Assembly: GCF_009914755.1 (NCBI RefSeq)
Contig: NC_060934.1
Length of the DNA: 64,000 nt
From: the human T2T-CHM13v2.0 reference genome, Homo sapiens
Strand: one strand, 5' to 3'
The notes under the pieces are model-generated. The model did no database searches, was not told the DNA's origin, and saw nothing but the letters and a program-made list of their open reading frames with translations. Positions 47,107 through 64,000 of the stretch are shown in pieces. The first letter of the stretch is position 1. The number at the start of each line of letters is the position of its first letter. The translations under genes and the position numbers were made by a program.

Positions 47107-48927
47107 GTATGGATTATTTTCAGTAACATTTATTTTTCATTTCACATCTTCTGGAAAATGTCTGTTAAGTAAAAAGTAATTCAGTTTTTAGCAGATTCAG
47201 ATATTTACAGAATTTATGCCATAATTAGCCCAACCAATAATTAGGTACTTAAATCTTCTTTAAATTAAGTGTTCAAATCTTTCACCTAATAACTAAAAGT
47301 CAGAACAGTGAACAGTTTGGCTAACTTTGCATTCCCAAAAAAAAAGGTTTGCGTTTGATAAATATAATTTTATCTAGAATTGAAATAAATTAAGAATTTC
47401 ATTTTTCTTTGCATCTTTAATTAATATTTATTAATAGGATGATTCACATTAATCAGCTGCAATTATAATAGACTCTATGTTTTAGGTAGTTGATCTTTCC
47501 AACTACCTAATTCTACATTTTGAAGAGCAACATTCATTGCTATTTAAATATTTGTTTTGAATGCTTCGTATTAGAAATTGAAGAGATTTATGAATATACT
47601 TCCTCAAATTTATTACATCCCCTGAAATATCTTGTAGTATTGACCAATTAAACTCATTAAGTCTTTCTTACTACTTAGAAAATAATGGTGTGTGGAAGTA
47701 AAGTATTTTTATTACAGTGATTCTTCATTGGTGAACTAAGAAATTTGTCTTTTTATATAATCTGTCACAAGGTCTGCAGTAGAGTCATGCATCTCTCTAA
47801 AGGGACATTTTTAGGGTTTGCAAATATTCAAACAAGAGTAGGTTAAAATCTTTTGTCAAGCTGAAAGCTTCTGCATAATATTTTTGTTCCTCTTGTACTA
47901 TATACTCCAGTGTTTTTCAACTTTAAAATTTAAAATTCTAAAATAAGAGTGCTGACTGATATCTTAGACATGCTCATGATTTGCTTGGCAAGGATTCTAG
48001 CTGAAATCTAGAAAGCTTTTTAAATCCTAGTAGGTTTAATATGATAAAGTTTATATATTGGTTTGTGGTATGAATTAATAATGTCATATGATATACTATG
48101 GTTTTTACGTAATAACATTTAAAACAATGTGGTTTCTTAATATTAAAACGTAGCTCCTAAGGGGTATCTCTCAATAAAAGCCAGAGTAGTTTTCATATCA
48201 ATTAAAGCAAAGCAAGGTCCTTGTGTTGGGGGAGACGACGGTAATCCAAAATTGGAGGAGAGCCTATTCCTCAAGGTCTTTCTACCCATCAGGGTTTGAG
48301 AATCACTGGGCAGAGGAATTCTACTTTGCACATTGTATTAGCATCCTTATTTTCCTTCTCTATTTGAACAGTCCCAGTTTCTCTTGCAGAACACATTTTT
48401 ACAACTGAGCTCTAAGCCCAGGAGGTTTCTAATGGGCACAGGGACTGATAGCTGACAAGGGCCACAAAACCCATGCAGGTGCCATAATGACCTCTTCTGG
48501 AAGGTGAAGGATGACAGCTCTTTTCCCCTTCATCTCGTCTCTCTGGGCAAATGTTCATCTACATATTTCTTGACATTGTCCTTCAGAAAACAATTAAGTT
48601 AAGAGGGGCTGTCCATGTTAGTCACCTTTAGATTCTAACCAGGGTAATTTCACATATTATAAATCCCTAATATTATTACTTCACTAAAAATAAAACAAAA
48701 AGTAGTATTTAAGAAATTAGTCAAAGTAAATCACAGCAATTGTTGATGCTGTTAAGTCGTCATATTGTTATTTCAAAGAAATTATGCAATTTAAATATCC
48801 CTATTACAGAACTATAAAATATCAGTTAGTAGGATATCTGGAATTGAGTCTGCAGTTGTATAAAAGAAAATATGCTTTCCTACAACACCTGTTCAGAACC
48901 CCTCAAAGGTCCACAAATGAAAGTTTA

Positions 48928-49090
48928 GCGGGGACTGAGAGGAGGGGCAGCATCAAGAAGAATACCTAATAGATGCTGGGCTAAATACCTAAATGATAGG
49001 TTGATCTCTGCAGCAAACCACCATGGCACCCGTTTAAACCTACCCATCCTGCACATGTACCCTTAAAGTTAAAAGTTGAAGGAAAAAAAA
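48928..49090 (+). mobile_element. L1PA (old, PA13-16-like) 3' end fragment
   Basis: gatgctgggctaaatacctaaatgataggttgatctctgcagcaaaccaccatggcac...cacatgtaccc...A tail. Confidence 0.8.
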
Positions 49091-51469
49091 CAGTTTAATG
49101 ACAATGAAATCACATAATATTTTTCATTTTGATGACTACAAAGCAGTTTTATAAATATGAAGGTAACCCAGTTATCAAAAGTATAAGTGTTTGAATTTAA
49201 CCCGATATTAAGTTTACCCAACCACTAAAAGCCCTAGTCAATTTTGGGAGAGCAGTTTTTAGAACATGACCCATACCACATGAAACTTAACTGACAATAA
49301 AATGGAAATTTCATTTGATGCCCTTAACACACTCTGTCATGTGTCTGTGATTTGAAAAAAACTAATACCAAATTTCCTCCCCCACATGACTGTAAGTACT
49401 GGCAAATCTAGTTGTACATTTTTACAGTGTATTGTATCATGTATACAAATATAAATACTTCTGCAGCTTTTTAGTATAAAACATCATTTACATATATACG
49501 GCCCAAATACACGTCTGCCGTTGTGGATTCTACCTATTTTTGGGAATTAGGCGATAGTAATCTCAGGTGTACACTCAATATAAGAGGCATATACCCAAAA
49601 TAAGAAAATCAACCCTGCCGCTCTGTAAACCACAGGGTATTGCACTTCCAGGCATCAAGCCAGACATCTTGAATTATTTTCACTTCATCTCTCTTCAATT
49701 TAGGACTAAGACTAAATGTTTGACAAAATAATCTAGGAAGTTGAGTCAGTCAGAAGCAGAAGAAAATGCATTATCGCAGCTGAAGTGTCACTTTGTTCCC
49801 ATGTAGCACCACCTAATCGCTCCTGGTAAAGCTGGACAAGGCCCTAGTCCTGGCCTTGCCCCCAAGCCTGCAGCTTTGACCACCGCATACAAATCATGCA
49901 TTTCGTTTTCAGTGTTAAGAAGTGAATTTCCCTCTTGGCATGGGACAACCTAATTCCTATATGCAATTAAAAGAATAAGGCTGAAAGATTATGAAATTTC
50001 AGGAAAGAAGATTTATGAACTAAGTTCTTTGTGTGATGCAAGATGGAGAAAGGGAAATTTTATGCCGGTTCACTGAGAGGAAGCCAAGCTGTTTCCAAAA
50101 TACTCTATAGTCTTTAATTTTTCTACTTAAAATCAGTTATTGCCAGTCTAATATTTTTTATCTTAAGGCTTTCTCTAGGTAACCAGCGTAAGTTAGGGAG
50201 AGTTTGAATTTATTTTGCATCATTGAATTATCAGACTTCACTAATCTTGATGTATTTTTCTAGCCAACAAATCAAAGTACTGTCAAAAGCTAAGTTACTT
50301 TTCTGAATGTTGATGAGTAATTTGAATGTACAAGAGGTTTTTTTCCCCCAAAATACCATGACAGACTCTGCACACCCATCACTTTTTAATGGATTGTGTT
50401 AGTAGTGAGATCAACTGCTAATATAACTCAGAGAGACTCAGCTGCCGGAGGATTTCTTCATTGATTTCAAATGAATTGAAACTTTGATCCATTACAACAT
50501 CCAGGAGAAGCCATTATTATACATGCTCTGTAGCTACATTTTGCAAATGTTAATTTCTCAGTTATATTAAAATCAATTTCCTTAAATAGCAAAAGGCACC
50601 AGAGTGAAAGAGAAACCACTAAGACAATTTTTTGTTCTTGGGCATTTTGCTGTATTATGAGTCTATTAATTTTCTCAACCAGCAGGAAGAGAACTAGAAA
50701 AATTCAAATATTATCACAAACAGGATATTAGAAGTCAGCCCTTCAGTAAATTTTTAACTCTTAATAATGCATTGCTCCTTAAACTTACTAGAATACTTGT
50801 TTTAAGGACCTCCTATCCTTTGGTTCTTTATAGTTTTTGTATGCTGACCACCTAGTCTTTAGGGTAAGAACTGAAGAAATGATCTTTCTTAAATTAATTT
50901 TTCCCTTTCATGTATGACCGAATATTCTGCAGAAAACTCAGACATTTTCTAAATGGATTTTAGTTCATGCGCCATTTTTCAGGTATTATTATAGATTAAT
51001 TTAATCTTGAAACAGTTTGAGAATGTGAGAAGTAATTGACATAGAGGTAGATTATATAATTCAGTGCCATTTGTACCAGAGGAAATTGACTCCTGTTTGC
51101 AGCAAAAGAGCAAATAATGTAAAGTTTCATGTTATTTAGTAATGGTGCATTATTTGCTTTTAAGCTAGGAAAAGTCAAGATGCCATCTAATTTCTCCCTT
51201 ATTCCTAACTTACCCACTCATTACAGATGGATTTACTGATATTATTCTAGGTACTATGTTATATTGTCCTTTCCTTAAAGAATAAAACTCTTAATTTCTT
51301 AGTATTTCCCGACAATTTCTTTTGGAATAAAGGAGGATGCTAAGTCTGTTTTAGTGTCTGATAGCATTAGTTTGGTCAATATGAAGTTTCCTTTAATAAA
51401 TGTCTTTACATATTGTGTTTTTTTTCCTGAAATCAACTTATCAGAGTGCACATTTATTTTATATTTCAG

Positions 51470-51542
51470 CTTATTTCAACACTACAAGCTATACGAGTTT
51501 ATGTTCTACTCTGCCAGGGAAGAAATTGTGATAGGAACTGAG
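51470..51542 (+). CDS. CABCOCO1: CABCOCO1 coding exon 5 ([25 protein letters not shown])
   Basis: ttttatatttcag|CTTA ... GAG|gtaagt; 73 nt; lies within ORF 51354..51587. Confidence 0.94.
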
Positions 51543-52401
51543 GTAAGTAATTTATCTAGATGGAACAAGTTAAGCAGAATCACTTAATGCATGCTGATCA
51601 GCATCTGGATCTTTAACTGCTTAAAGCAACTTCTTGTCAAGATTATTCAAGTGTTAATATAATCAACTCGTAGTTTGCAAAAAGAATAATTATATAAAGT
51701 GATCGTTGCATTAGGAAAATAAGTGGTCTTTTGGCATTAAAAGCATTGTTAATCATTTATACTTTGTGTATTTATGGATTATTTGACAAAGTTCAATTGG
51801 ATAAGGTACATATGTCTTCATACAAATAAAATCAGAAAAAAACAACTAGTAATTTGCAAAAAAGAATAATTATATAAAGTAAAGGTAATGGTAACTCAGT
51901 GAAATCCCTTCTAATTTCACATTTTTTTTCATTCTACTCATTGTTTAAGACCTAATTTAGATCCCACTTCCTCAGTGGATCAAACCTACCTTAATTGCAT
52001 CATAATCTCAAACAAAAGGTTTAGACAAACTCTCTAATCAATCCTGTTATTGTGTGCCAAATGATCTCTTATTGCTGAATTTGGGCTACTGTTGCACCAA
52101 TAAGCATATCAATATTCACTGTGTTATATGGCTTCCTAATTGTTTCCTGTGGGTTGATATAGTTACTACAACTCAACAGTAATTTTCTTGAAGACAAGGA
52201 TATCTGCTGCTTTTCTACTACAGCATATAGTATAATGTAGGATACAGTAACCCCTCAATTAATACTACATAAACAATTTAGTGCATAGGACAGCAGTTCT
52301 ACAATGAAAGGTCTATCTGGAGACACTTTCAAACAAACTTACTTATAATCACATATTTGTAATTCCTAGAAATGAATTCTGAGTAGGAAAACATGTTTTT
52401 A

Positions 52402-53305
52402 CTTTATTTTGTTTTATTTTATTTTTTATTATACTTTAAGTTCTGGGATACATGTGCAGAACGTGCAGGTTTGTTACATAGGTATACACATGCCATGGTG
52501 GTTTGCTGCACCCATCAACCCGTCATTTACATTAGGTATTTCTCCTAATACTATCCCTCCCCTTGCCCCCCACTCCCCAACAGGCCCCAGTGTGTGATGT
52601 TCCCCTCCCTGTGCCCATGTGTTCTCATTGTTCAACTCCCACTTATGAGTGAGAACATGCGGTGTTCGGTTCTCTGTTCCTGTGTTAGTTTGCTGAGAAT
52701 GATGGTTTCCAGCTTCATCCATGTCCCTGCAAAGGACATGAACTCATCCTTTTTTATGGCTGCATAGTATTCCATGGTGTATATGTGCCACATTTTCTTT
52801 ATCCAGTCTATCATTGATGGGCATTTGGGTTGGTTTCAAGTCTTTGCTATTGTGAATACTGCTTCAATAAACATATGTGTACATGTATCTTTATAGTAGA
52901 ATGATTTATAATCCTTTGGGTATATACCTAGTAATGGGATTGCTGGGTCAAATAGTATTTCTGGTTCTAGATCCTTGAGGAATCACTATACTGTCTTCCA
53001 CAATGGTTGAACTAATTTACACTCCCACCAACACTGTAAAAGCGTTCCTGTTTCTCCACATCCTCTCCAGCATCTGTTGTTTCCTGACTTTTTAATTATC
53101 ACCATTTTAACTAGTGTGAGATTGTATCTCATTGTGGGTTTGATTTGCATTCCTCTAATGACCAGTGATGATGGGCTTCTTTTCATATGTTCGTTGGCCA
53201 CATAAATGTCTTCTTTTGAGAAGTGTCTGTTCATATCCTTCACCCGCTTCTGGATGGGGTTGCTTGTTTTTTTCTTGTAAATTTGTTTAAGTTCCTTGTA
53301 GATTC
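52402..53305 (-). mobile_element. L1PA7/8-like 3' fragment (~0.9 kb)
   Basis: tactttaagttctgggatacatgtgcagaacgtgcagg 3' UTR; minus-strand ORF2 C-terminal peptides (WIKKMWHIYTMEYYAAIKKDEFMSFAGTWMKLETIILSKL). Confidence 0.93.
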
Positions 53306-54974
53306 CAGGAAATCATTTTAAGAAGACTAAAGATGCCATTAAAGAAATAGTGCTTCTGTAGGTCCACAATTACTTTAAGGGGCTTTGTTGCCTCCTAGAA
53401 GTACCAGGGACAGGAGTGGCCATAATCAGAAATAAACAGTGAGTAACAGGATATTCACATTATCTTTGTAATTTTCCTGATATTAAGAACCACATGGAAC
53501 ATGCCAGCTATTCTGACTTCCTGGGTATTGTTATTCTGGGATTTATAAATTACTTGCTTCATAAACACCTCAGTCACCATTACTCACTCTTCATTTGGGT
53601 ACTTGTTCTAATGCTAGACTTTTAAAAGTGAACTGCCAGAAAACAAGGAACCCTTTTTGCTTCTGACTTTCATAAAAATTACTTCTTTGCAGTCTCCTCA
53701 TACTGTAGCTTAAATTAGGTGTCACTTGACAAAGTTTCACTGAAAAACGTTTCCATTTCAGAATTACCTCATATCGCGTGACAGCCCTTGCAATAATTAT
53801 CAGTTTGGAATATAATCCTATCTCATCTATTCAAGCAAAACTTTGGGAAAATGATAGTGGCTTCAATAACAGCATAAGTTGATATTGAGAGTGATCAAGA
53901 AAAAATTTCAGAAAGAACTCCCTTTTCCTTTGTTAATTACACAATCATGCCTTTCTTCTATATTGTAAGGATATATTTAGGTGACATTTATGCTATGGAA
54001 AGATAAAGTGGAGAAAGTAGACAGGCTTGGCTGCTTTATTTTCCATTGTCATTTGTATTTTCCCCAAGCTGACCAGAGCAATAAAAAAAAATCTTTAAGA
54101 GAATGATACTGGGGCTTCAAGAATTAGGCCACTCATGGCATTTTAAAGGATTAGTGAAAGTATTTTATGACATTTTAGAAGTGTTTGCTAACCCTTGGTA
54201 CAAATACCTGTTTTTAAATTAACAACCTTTCATGGAGGAGGTAGGGGCCTGCCCCAGCAATATGATTATTCATGCTGATCTCAGGGCTCTGGGACCAAAT
54301 AATGGCCACAAGACAAACATGAATGTTTGAAATTTAACTCTTAGGCAAGCATTCAAGTTAGATAACACTGATGAAATTTAGTTTCTTTAATTGTGGATAG
54401 ATGAGAAAAAAACATAAATCCCCTCTAATCAAAGAAGTGTCCATTTCATAAGTGAGGAAAGAATGATGAAATAGAATATCACCATGTGTCAACCTTTAAT
54501 AAAATAATAGATCTAGGCAATGATGATGAGTGGCTCCTGACATCACAAAAAGAAAACCAGACATCACTGCTTTTTAATAAAATTATACAAAACCCCATAT
54601 ATATTGCTCTTGCAATTTGAACTGGCTGGTCTTTTGGTCAGTCTTCTAACCCTAACTTCTCATTTGCTGGAAATACGGAAGATAAAGGAATATTTTAAGG
54701 ATATCACAAAAAGGCAATTAGCAAACCAGGGTGTAGGAGATTCTATAGGGCAGAAGACATGGAATATTCAAGAAATAAATTGCAAAGAAATAAAAAAAAA
54801 TAACAGGTGAACCTATAGATTAAAAAATGACTGAATCAAATTCAATGTAGGTATCTTATTTGGATCCTACTGCAGACAGACAGATAGAAAAACCAAACCA
54901 CAAACACAAAACAGTTATGAGATAATCGAGGCATATGAATATTGGCCACATAGTTGATGATTACTGTTACTAAT

Positions 54975-55195
54975 TTCTGGAACTTGTTAGTGTATTACTT
55001 TACATGGTAAAAGGGACTTCGAGGATTTGATTAAGTTAATGAATTTGAGATGGAGCGATTATTCTAGATTACTGAAGTGGGATCAATGTAATCTCCATAT
55101 AAGAGAAAGAGGAAAGCAGGAGGATCAGAGTCAGAAAAAGGGAGATTTGAAAATGTCACACTGTTGGCCTGGAAGATGGAGGAAGAGGCCACAAC
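54975..55195 (+). mobile_element. MLT1 (MLT1D-like) LTR fragment
   Basis: ttactttacatggtaaaagggactt...ttgagatggagcgattattctagatta...gaagatggaggaagaggccaca. Confidence 0.7.
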
Positions 55196-55459
55196 TTTAT
55201 CAACTGTCTTGTTATCTAGTATGGCAATACCTTCTCATAGTTCGTTTTAATACTTAATTATTATTGTTTATTTTTCTTAAATATGAAATTTAGAAATAAA
55301 CCTGTGCATACGTGGATTTTTAGTGTGTGGCATATACAAAGATTTAGTAAATTGGCATGTACAATTACTTGGGATAATTGGCTATGTGTTTGTTAAAAAG
55401 AAATTAGATTTTTACCTTATACCGAACTTAAAAATGAATCCAATTTATTAACAGATTCA

Positions 55460-58615
<3,156 letters not shown>

Positions 58616-59211
58616 AAAATTGTTCCTTAGTTCATTCCCAAGAAGTATAATGCTAAGGCACATTTTGTAAATTAAGTGCAGCATATAAACAAACTTATTA
58701 ACATATTGATAGACAGAGTGACTTCATCTGGGTTTTTACAAGACGAAAGGCTGCATAGGAAAAAATACGTGAACTCTCAATCCATAAAATTAAGTGCTTT
58801 ACAAGTGTGTTGCTACCATATTTAAAATTTCAATATAAACTAGGTTTACTAAAAAGTCATTTATAGAGTAAAAATCTAGTGTGGTGCTATAACATCCCAA
58901 ATTTTCCCCAAGAAAATAAAATTTCTATCATGAATTATGCATTTTTATCATATTGTAAAAATATTTATTCAGCTTAATTTCACCAAAGTGGCAACACATC
59001 AAATCTTAGATCATTTGTATTTTCAAAGGTTATATCCTATGTATGCATTTCAATACACACACACATATATACACATTTGTGTTTGGATATAAAAACATAA
59101 GATTAAGTCTGCTTTAATAATTTTTCTAACTTACAAAATGTGATAGATAGGTATAGCTTTATTTGTAATCATTTAAGCCAACTCACTCAATCTGTTTCAA
59201 TATTTTATTTT

Positions 59212-59334
59212 GCAGCATGGGCATTTTCACATAAGCCCCATTGCACAGCTCCAGGGGCACCATTCACATTGCAGTCCATGTGTTTAATGGAGTTGTGCAT
59301 TGTACAGATTGTGCAGCCATTGGTGGAGGCCCTG
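59212..59334. mobile_element. MER91B/C-like palindromic hAT-Tip100 MITE
   Basis: tgcacagctccaggggcaccattcacat...atgtg...tggagttgtgca...ggccctg terminus; internal inverted repeats. Confidence 0.7.
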
Positions 59335-61089
59335 TTTTTGAAAGCGGTTCTGTAGCAGAATCTGATTATAATAAATATGATATACTTAGAAAGATATTTA
59401 AAGAAAATCATAAATATGCCTAAGTGCTTACCTTGACTAGAGTCACATTTTGGCAGCCTTTCATAACCCGAAATAATACCACTTAAGGTCAATAAATGCA
59501 GGACCTCTCTAAAGTCAGTGAATGTCAACTGTATATAATTTCATGTTCTGAGCACTTATTCCTATAGCAAAAACAAAATAAAACACTTTTTCCTTCCTTA
59601 TTTCAAAACCCACACAGATTGTGGGTGTTAATGACACTATACTTAAACATTGTTAGCTTTGTGGCAGAAAATAACCATATAAAAACATAAATTTTATTTT
59701 CTTTCTTTAAACTATAAAGTTATAGTGTCCTGAATAAACAAAATGTGAGACTTACGTAAACATTCACCCTTTTAAGAAAAAAAAGACCAAAACAGCATTG
59801 CACATTAGATCATATTTTGGAAACGAGGAAGGCAACTGAAGCACAGCTATAAAGATATCTTTTTTTCTCTTCAGTTTACCCTTGAGATGTACCTATCAAA
59901 ATAATCTAAACTTATCCAGATGATGTTTTTAATCTTGAAAAAGGCTTTTTTCTTGTTGGATGATCCTATTAGCAAACTGCTGGAAGAGAAGATCATACAG
60001 GCCATAATTTGTAGTTTGACCTACTCACATTGGGTGTTGCTAAAGAAAATCAATCAGAAATTGTTGTGTTAAAATAACTCTATCTGCTCTACCTGGCATG
60101 TGTGACTAACTGACTTTAGAATCTATCATTTAAAGAAAATGGTTGATGCTTGGATATACAATTTATCAAACTTCACTCCAGTCCTTTTTCTCCGAAGCAC
60201 AGAAAAATAATCATCCCTCTCTAAATATAAATCTTTTAAGAGAAATTCAAGGAATCTGTCTCCAGCAAAATAACTGATAAATGGCAGAAGCATAATTTAA
60301 AGATGATTTCCATCACAGATCACATGACATCTCAACTCTTGAGACTGTCACCCAAGTCTTCCCATCTGTTGGCCCACGAGCATCAATCTCAGCTCCTCTG
60401 TGACCAGTTCTCTGATTGAGCTAGGTTGGCCTTTTCGTAATTACAGCTTGCTCATTTCCCTCTGCCTTGCAGTATGAGGCTGTTCTTACTGCCTGAAAAG
60501 TTCTCTAACATTTTGCTACCAACCCATGCCTACTATCCCCTCATAGCTTCGTCTGAGAGACACTTTTCTTACAGAAAAAAAAAAGCGAGAGAAGAAGGAA
60601 GGAATAAAAAGTGCTTTCTCTTACATTACCTTTTACTTGTTATTTCCCCAACATTAAATGTCTTGTTCAAAAATACTGTCAGCATCCACTCTCCTAGAAA
60701 TTGACTTCTAATTATAAAGTGATATCTCAAGCAACCTATTACTATCTGTAATTCCATGAGATCTGGGTAACTGACATTATTGTTTCTCCTGTTTTTCTGA
60801 GTATAGGAGTTACATACATTCACCTAGTGTTCAATAATTGTTCACTAAATCAATTAATGTAAAGGAGAAAAGTTTTATTTTATTGATTAATTACACAAAG
60901 TTATATTTGGAAAATATTATTTTGGTGTGTGGACTGAAAAACCTAAATCAATATCTTAAATTATTAATCATTAAGCCCATGACCAGGAAATTAAAAGCTG
61001 GTAATGGAATAACACATGTCTATATTAGTCATGTTTTCTGTTATAGAGAAACTGCCTTATATGGACCACCTTGGGAAATGTCTAACTAT

Positions 61090-62100
61090 TGTCAAGACTG
61101 TAAGATACCAGAGGCCACTAATATTATTGACTATATCAAAATTTAAAATTTCTATTCTAGGGGAGGGAAACATCATAAACAAATTTAAAAATCAAACTCT
61201 AAAAATAAAATTTCCAGTATAAATGACAGAAAAGGCATAATAGTCTTAATATTCTATATAATCAATAAGAAAAAGGTTACCACACTAATGGGAAAATTAA
61301 CAAAGCATATTTACAAGAGAAAATATAAATAGCCAATAAACTTATGCAAAGATTTTCACCCTTTACAGTACTCAAAGCAATGTAGATTCAACAAAAATCA
61401 AATTCTCGAAAATTAAAATGAAACCATTGGCTTGTGAGAATGTGATGAATGGCATTCTCATATATTGCTGGGAAGAATGTACATTGTTAAACTTTCCAGA
61501 GAGTGGTTTGGCAAGATATATCAAATTTTTTATTTGTATTTACCTTTTGAGCCAAGGATTGTCCTTCACTGGATTTATCCCAAGTAGATAATCAGACAAT
61601 GGGCAGAAATATGGGTGCATATATTTGATTATAATGGGAAAAAACTGTAGAGTAGCCAAATGTCTGTTATTAGAAGAAGTTTAAAATTCTTATGGTGCCT
61701 CTATATAATTCTATCATCAAGAGTATTCATATAGTGTTGTACTTACGATGGAAAGTTATTCACACTATGTTAATTATTTGATAACAAGCTACTAAATGTG
61801 TCCATTGTGACTGCAGTTTATAGTTTTACACCCACATCTGTGTATGTATATGTATACATATACATACATGTATACATATACATACATGTATACATATACA
61901 TACACAGAGAGAGAGAGAACGGGTCCTGAAGGACATACATCAAATTGTTAGCAGTAGTCCTGGGTTGTCAAGAAAATGATGAAAAGCATTTGATGTTAAT
62001 GGTATACCAGATCATCTTCACTTTCTCTTTCCTTTATGCTTGTCTTTATGAAATTATTTTTCTGAAATTATGTTTTGCAATCAGCATGTATTATAGCATA
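61090..62100 (+). mobile_element. old L1ME-like 3' fragment
   Basis: aaatagccaataaacttatgcaaagat...ctcatatattgctgggaagaatgta...ctttccagagagtggtttggcaa. Confidence 0.55.
61841..61917. repeat. (TACA/TATA)-type repeat, 18-bp unit TGTATACATATACATACA x3, followed by (GA)n
   Basis: Directly visible. Confidence 0.9.
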
Positions 62101-64000
62101 TATACATGTTCTCATTTTTAAAAAGTAACAGCTTAAATTACCAAAGTTTTACTCTGTTCCCTTTTATTTTCCTTACTCAGCATTATTTCTTTTTTCCTTG
62201 CTTATTTAACTTTTAAAAAATGCATAACATTATAAAAATGTCTGTTTTATTTTGAACAGATGCATTTCATGTTTATGTGATTAGGCAGTGTCCTTTTTCC
62301 CTAAAGCAAAAGGTTCTATTGCAAATGAAGATTTAATTATTACTTGAGGATGAGTATGTTATTATTCATGAGTTATATAAGTCATAAAAAATGTCCAGGG
62401 TGATAACAATACGACCTAGAAAACAAGGACTTTAGCTAAGGGGATTTACTCTGCTATTTATGATATTATCTGGCCAATAGATGGCAGGACTTGGGGGAAT
62501 GAATGCAGTCTAAGAAAAATCATCATGTTTCCATTCTCTGATTACAAACCCGCAGAATCCATTAATAATCCACACTTCTGGCTTAAAGTGTTCTTTTCAG
62601 TCTTTTCTAGGGTGTCCAGATATGCATGCCTAAAGTAAACTGTATCAGGTTCAGCAACCCACATTTGAAAGTGGACATTTTCAAATCAAAATGTTGTCAA
62701 AGGAAAATAACCTGGATTTTCCAAGACCAGAGGCCTCTGAAAAAGAAAAGATTCAGAGTGGATATAACTGTCTTCAAATCTAAAGGACTAGCAAGATAAA
62801 GAAGAGATTTGTCTTGTCTGCATAACTCCCAGATGGCAAACCAAAGATCGTTGGATCTTCTAGGGAGGATTTTTACTAAATAAATGCAATCACTTTCTAA
62901 ATATAGAAGTAGCCAGAAATGGAAGGGATGAGATGTGGGAGGGCAGAGGCTCAAGCCTTCCTCAGTTTTATACTACCAACTCTCAGCACAGGTCCTGGCA
63001 GAGAGACGGCACTTTAAGTTTTATGGAATGAATTGAGAGATAATAGGTTACATCTTCATTGAATATATTTCAAGTTTAGCAATATGGCTTTTGTTGAATG
63101 ATATTTTCTGAAGTTGTTTAAAGCACTAGAAGGGAAATTGAACTAGATGATCTATGAGTATGTGACCATCAAACCCAGATTTTTCTAGGATTTTTTAGGA
63201 CTTTCAATTTAAACTATTTTGTCCTATTCTTCCCATGGGTATATTTCCAAATGTTCTTCTCATTAGTAAAGTCCAAAATTTATGATCAGCTAGTCTTACT
63301 CTGGGTAGCAATTACTAATAGAATGACAAAGTGGATTCCTTTCTATGGGCTGGAAATCATATAGGATTGCTTACAGTTGGAGTGGATAAATGCAGTTGTT
63401 TATAACTAAAAGGTCACTTACCATAAATATATAGCTGGCTCTATCTTGGTGAATGCAGACTTACATGTTAATAAATATAATCAATGTAAGTCAACCAAGA
63501 CTCTAGGGTTATATATTTTTATTGATCGCTTTTTTTAAAAAAGAAGATTTTGATCACAGTTCTATAATATTGGGCCACATACCAATGTTTTCATAGTGTT
63601 CAAGTTGGCTTATGAGGCCACTCTTTAGGCTTGGTGAGTGTTTGACAGATGGCTGAGAATATACAAGCAGATATGCACTGTGCATGAAAGCATGCAAGTG
63701 AAGAGTCAATTAAGAAAGAATAAACATGCTTAGAAAGAGGCCACCTGATTGGTATTCTGACTACAGAATTGAGAAACTTTCTATGCAAATTATGCAGCTG
63801 CATCAGCACCATTGACATTATAGGAGTGAAGAGGAGAAAAAAAAAACAGGAAAAAAAAAACAACAACAGAGTTCTCTGTGGCAAAATAGTTTTGTGCCCG
63901 ATCAAGGAAATAATATAAAGGGGGATGTGGTAGAGGGAAGTTACTTTTTCTTCTATTTGCCTGAACCACTAATGACCACAGCAGAAGTAGCAAGTTTAAC

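Noticed and set aside
47483-47509. Resemblance of taggtagtt/aactaccta to the miR-196 5' end and seed site
   Set aside because: Only a 9-nt match, the hairpin is far too short for a pre-miRNA, and the site is intronic.

Overview
AT-rich primate (very probably human) genomic DNA. It contains the 5' part of CABCOCO1 (C10orf107; by recall human 10q21.2) on the + strand. A CpG-island promoter with an RFX X-box lies at ~23.5-24.1 kb. Five coding exons follow (23747-23821, 33433-33536, 42055-42224, 46962-47106, 51470-51542) and join in frame through GT-AG introns into 189 codons; the rest of the gene lies beyond the window end. The upstream ~23 kb is intergenic. Most other recognisable structure is transposon-derived: 12 Alus (one essentially perfect AluY/Yc1), a 4.7-kb L1MA, L1PA and older L1M fragments, MIR, L2, MaLR LTRs, Tigger and hAT MITEs, plus AT-rich tandem repeats. 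I see no prokaryotic system, CRISPR array, tRNA or rRNA, and I cannot support a new biological system. The best leads are: (i) phase-matched alternative exon 1 donor / exon 2 acceptor pairs predicting two N-termini or uORF-terminated transcripts; (ii) an in-frame 15-bp duplication in exon 1; (iii) a very young Alu; (iv) local templated duplications; (v) candidate antisense exons. Repeat subfamily names are from memory of consensus sequences and need RepeatMasker/Dfam confirmation.
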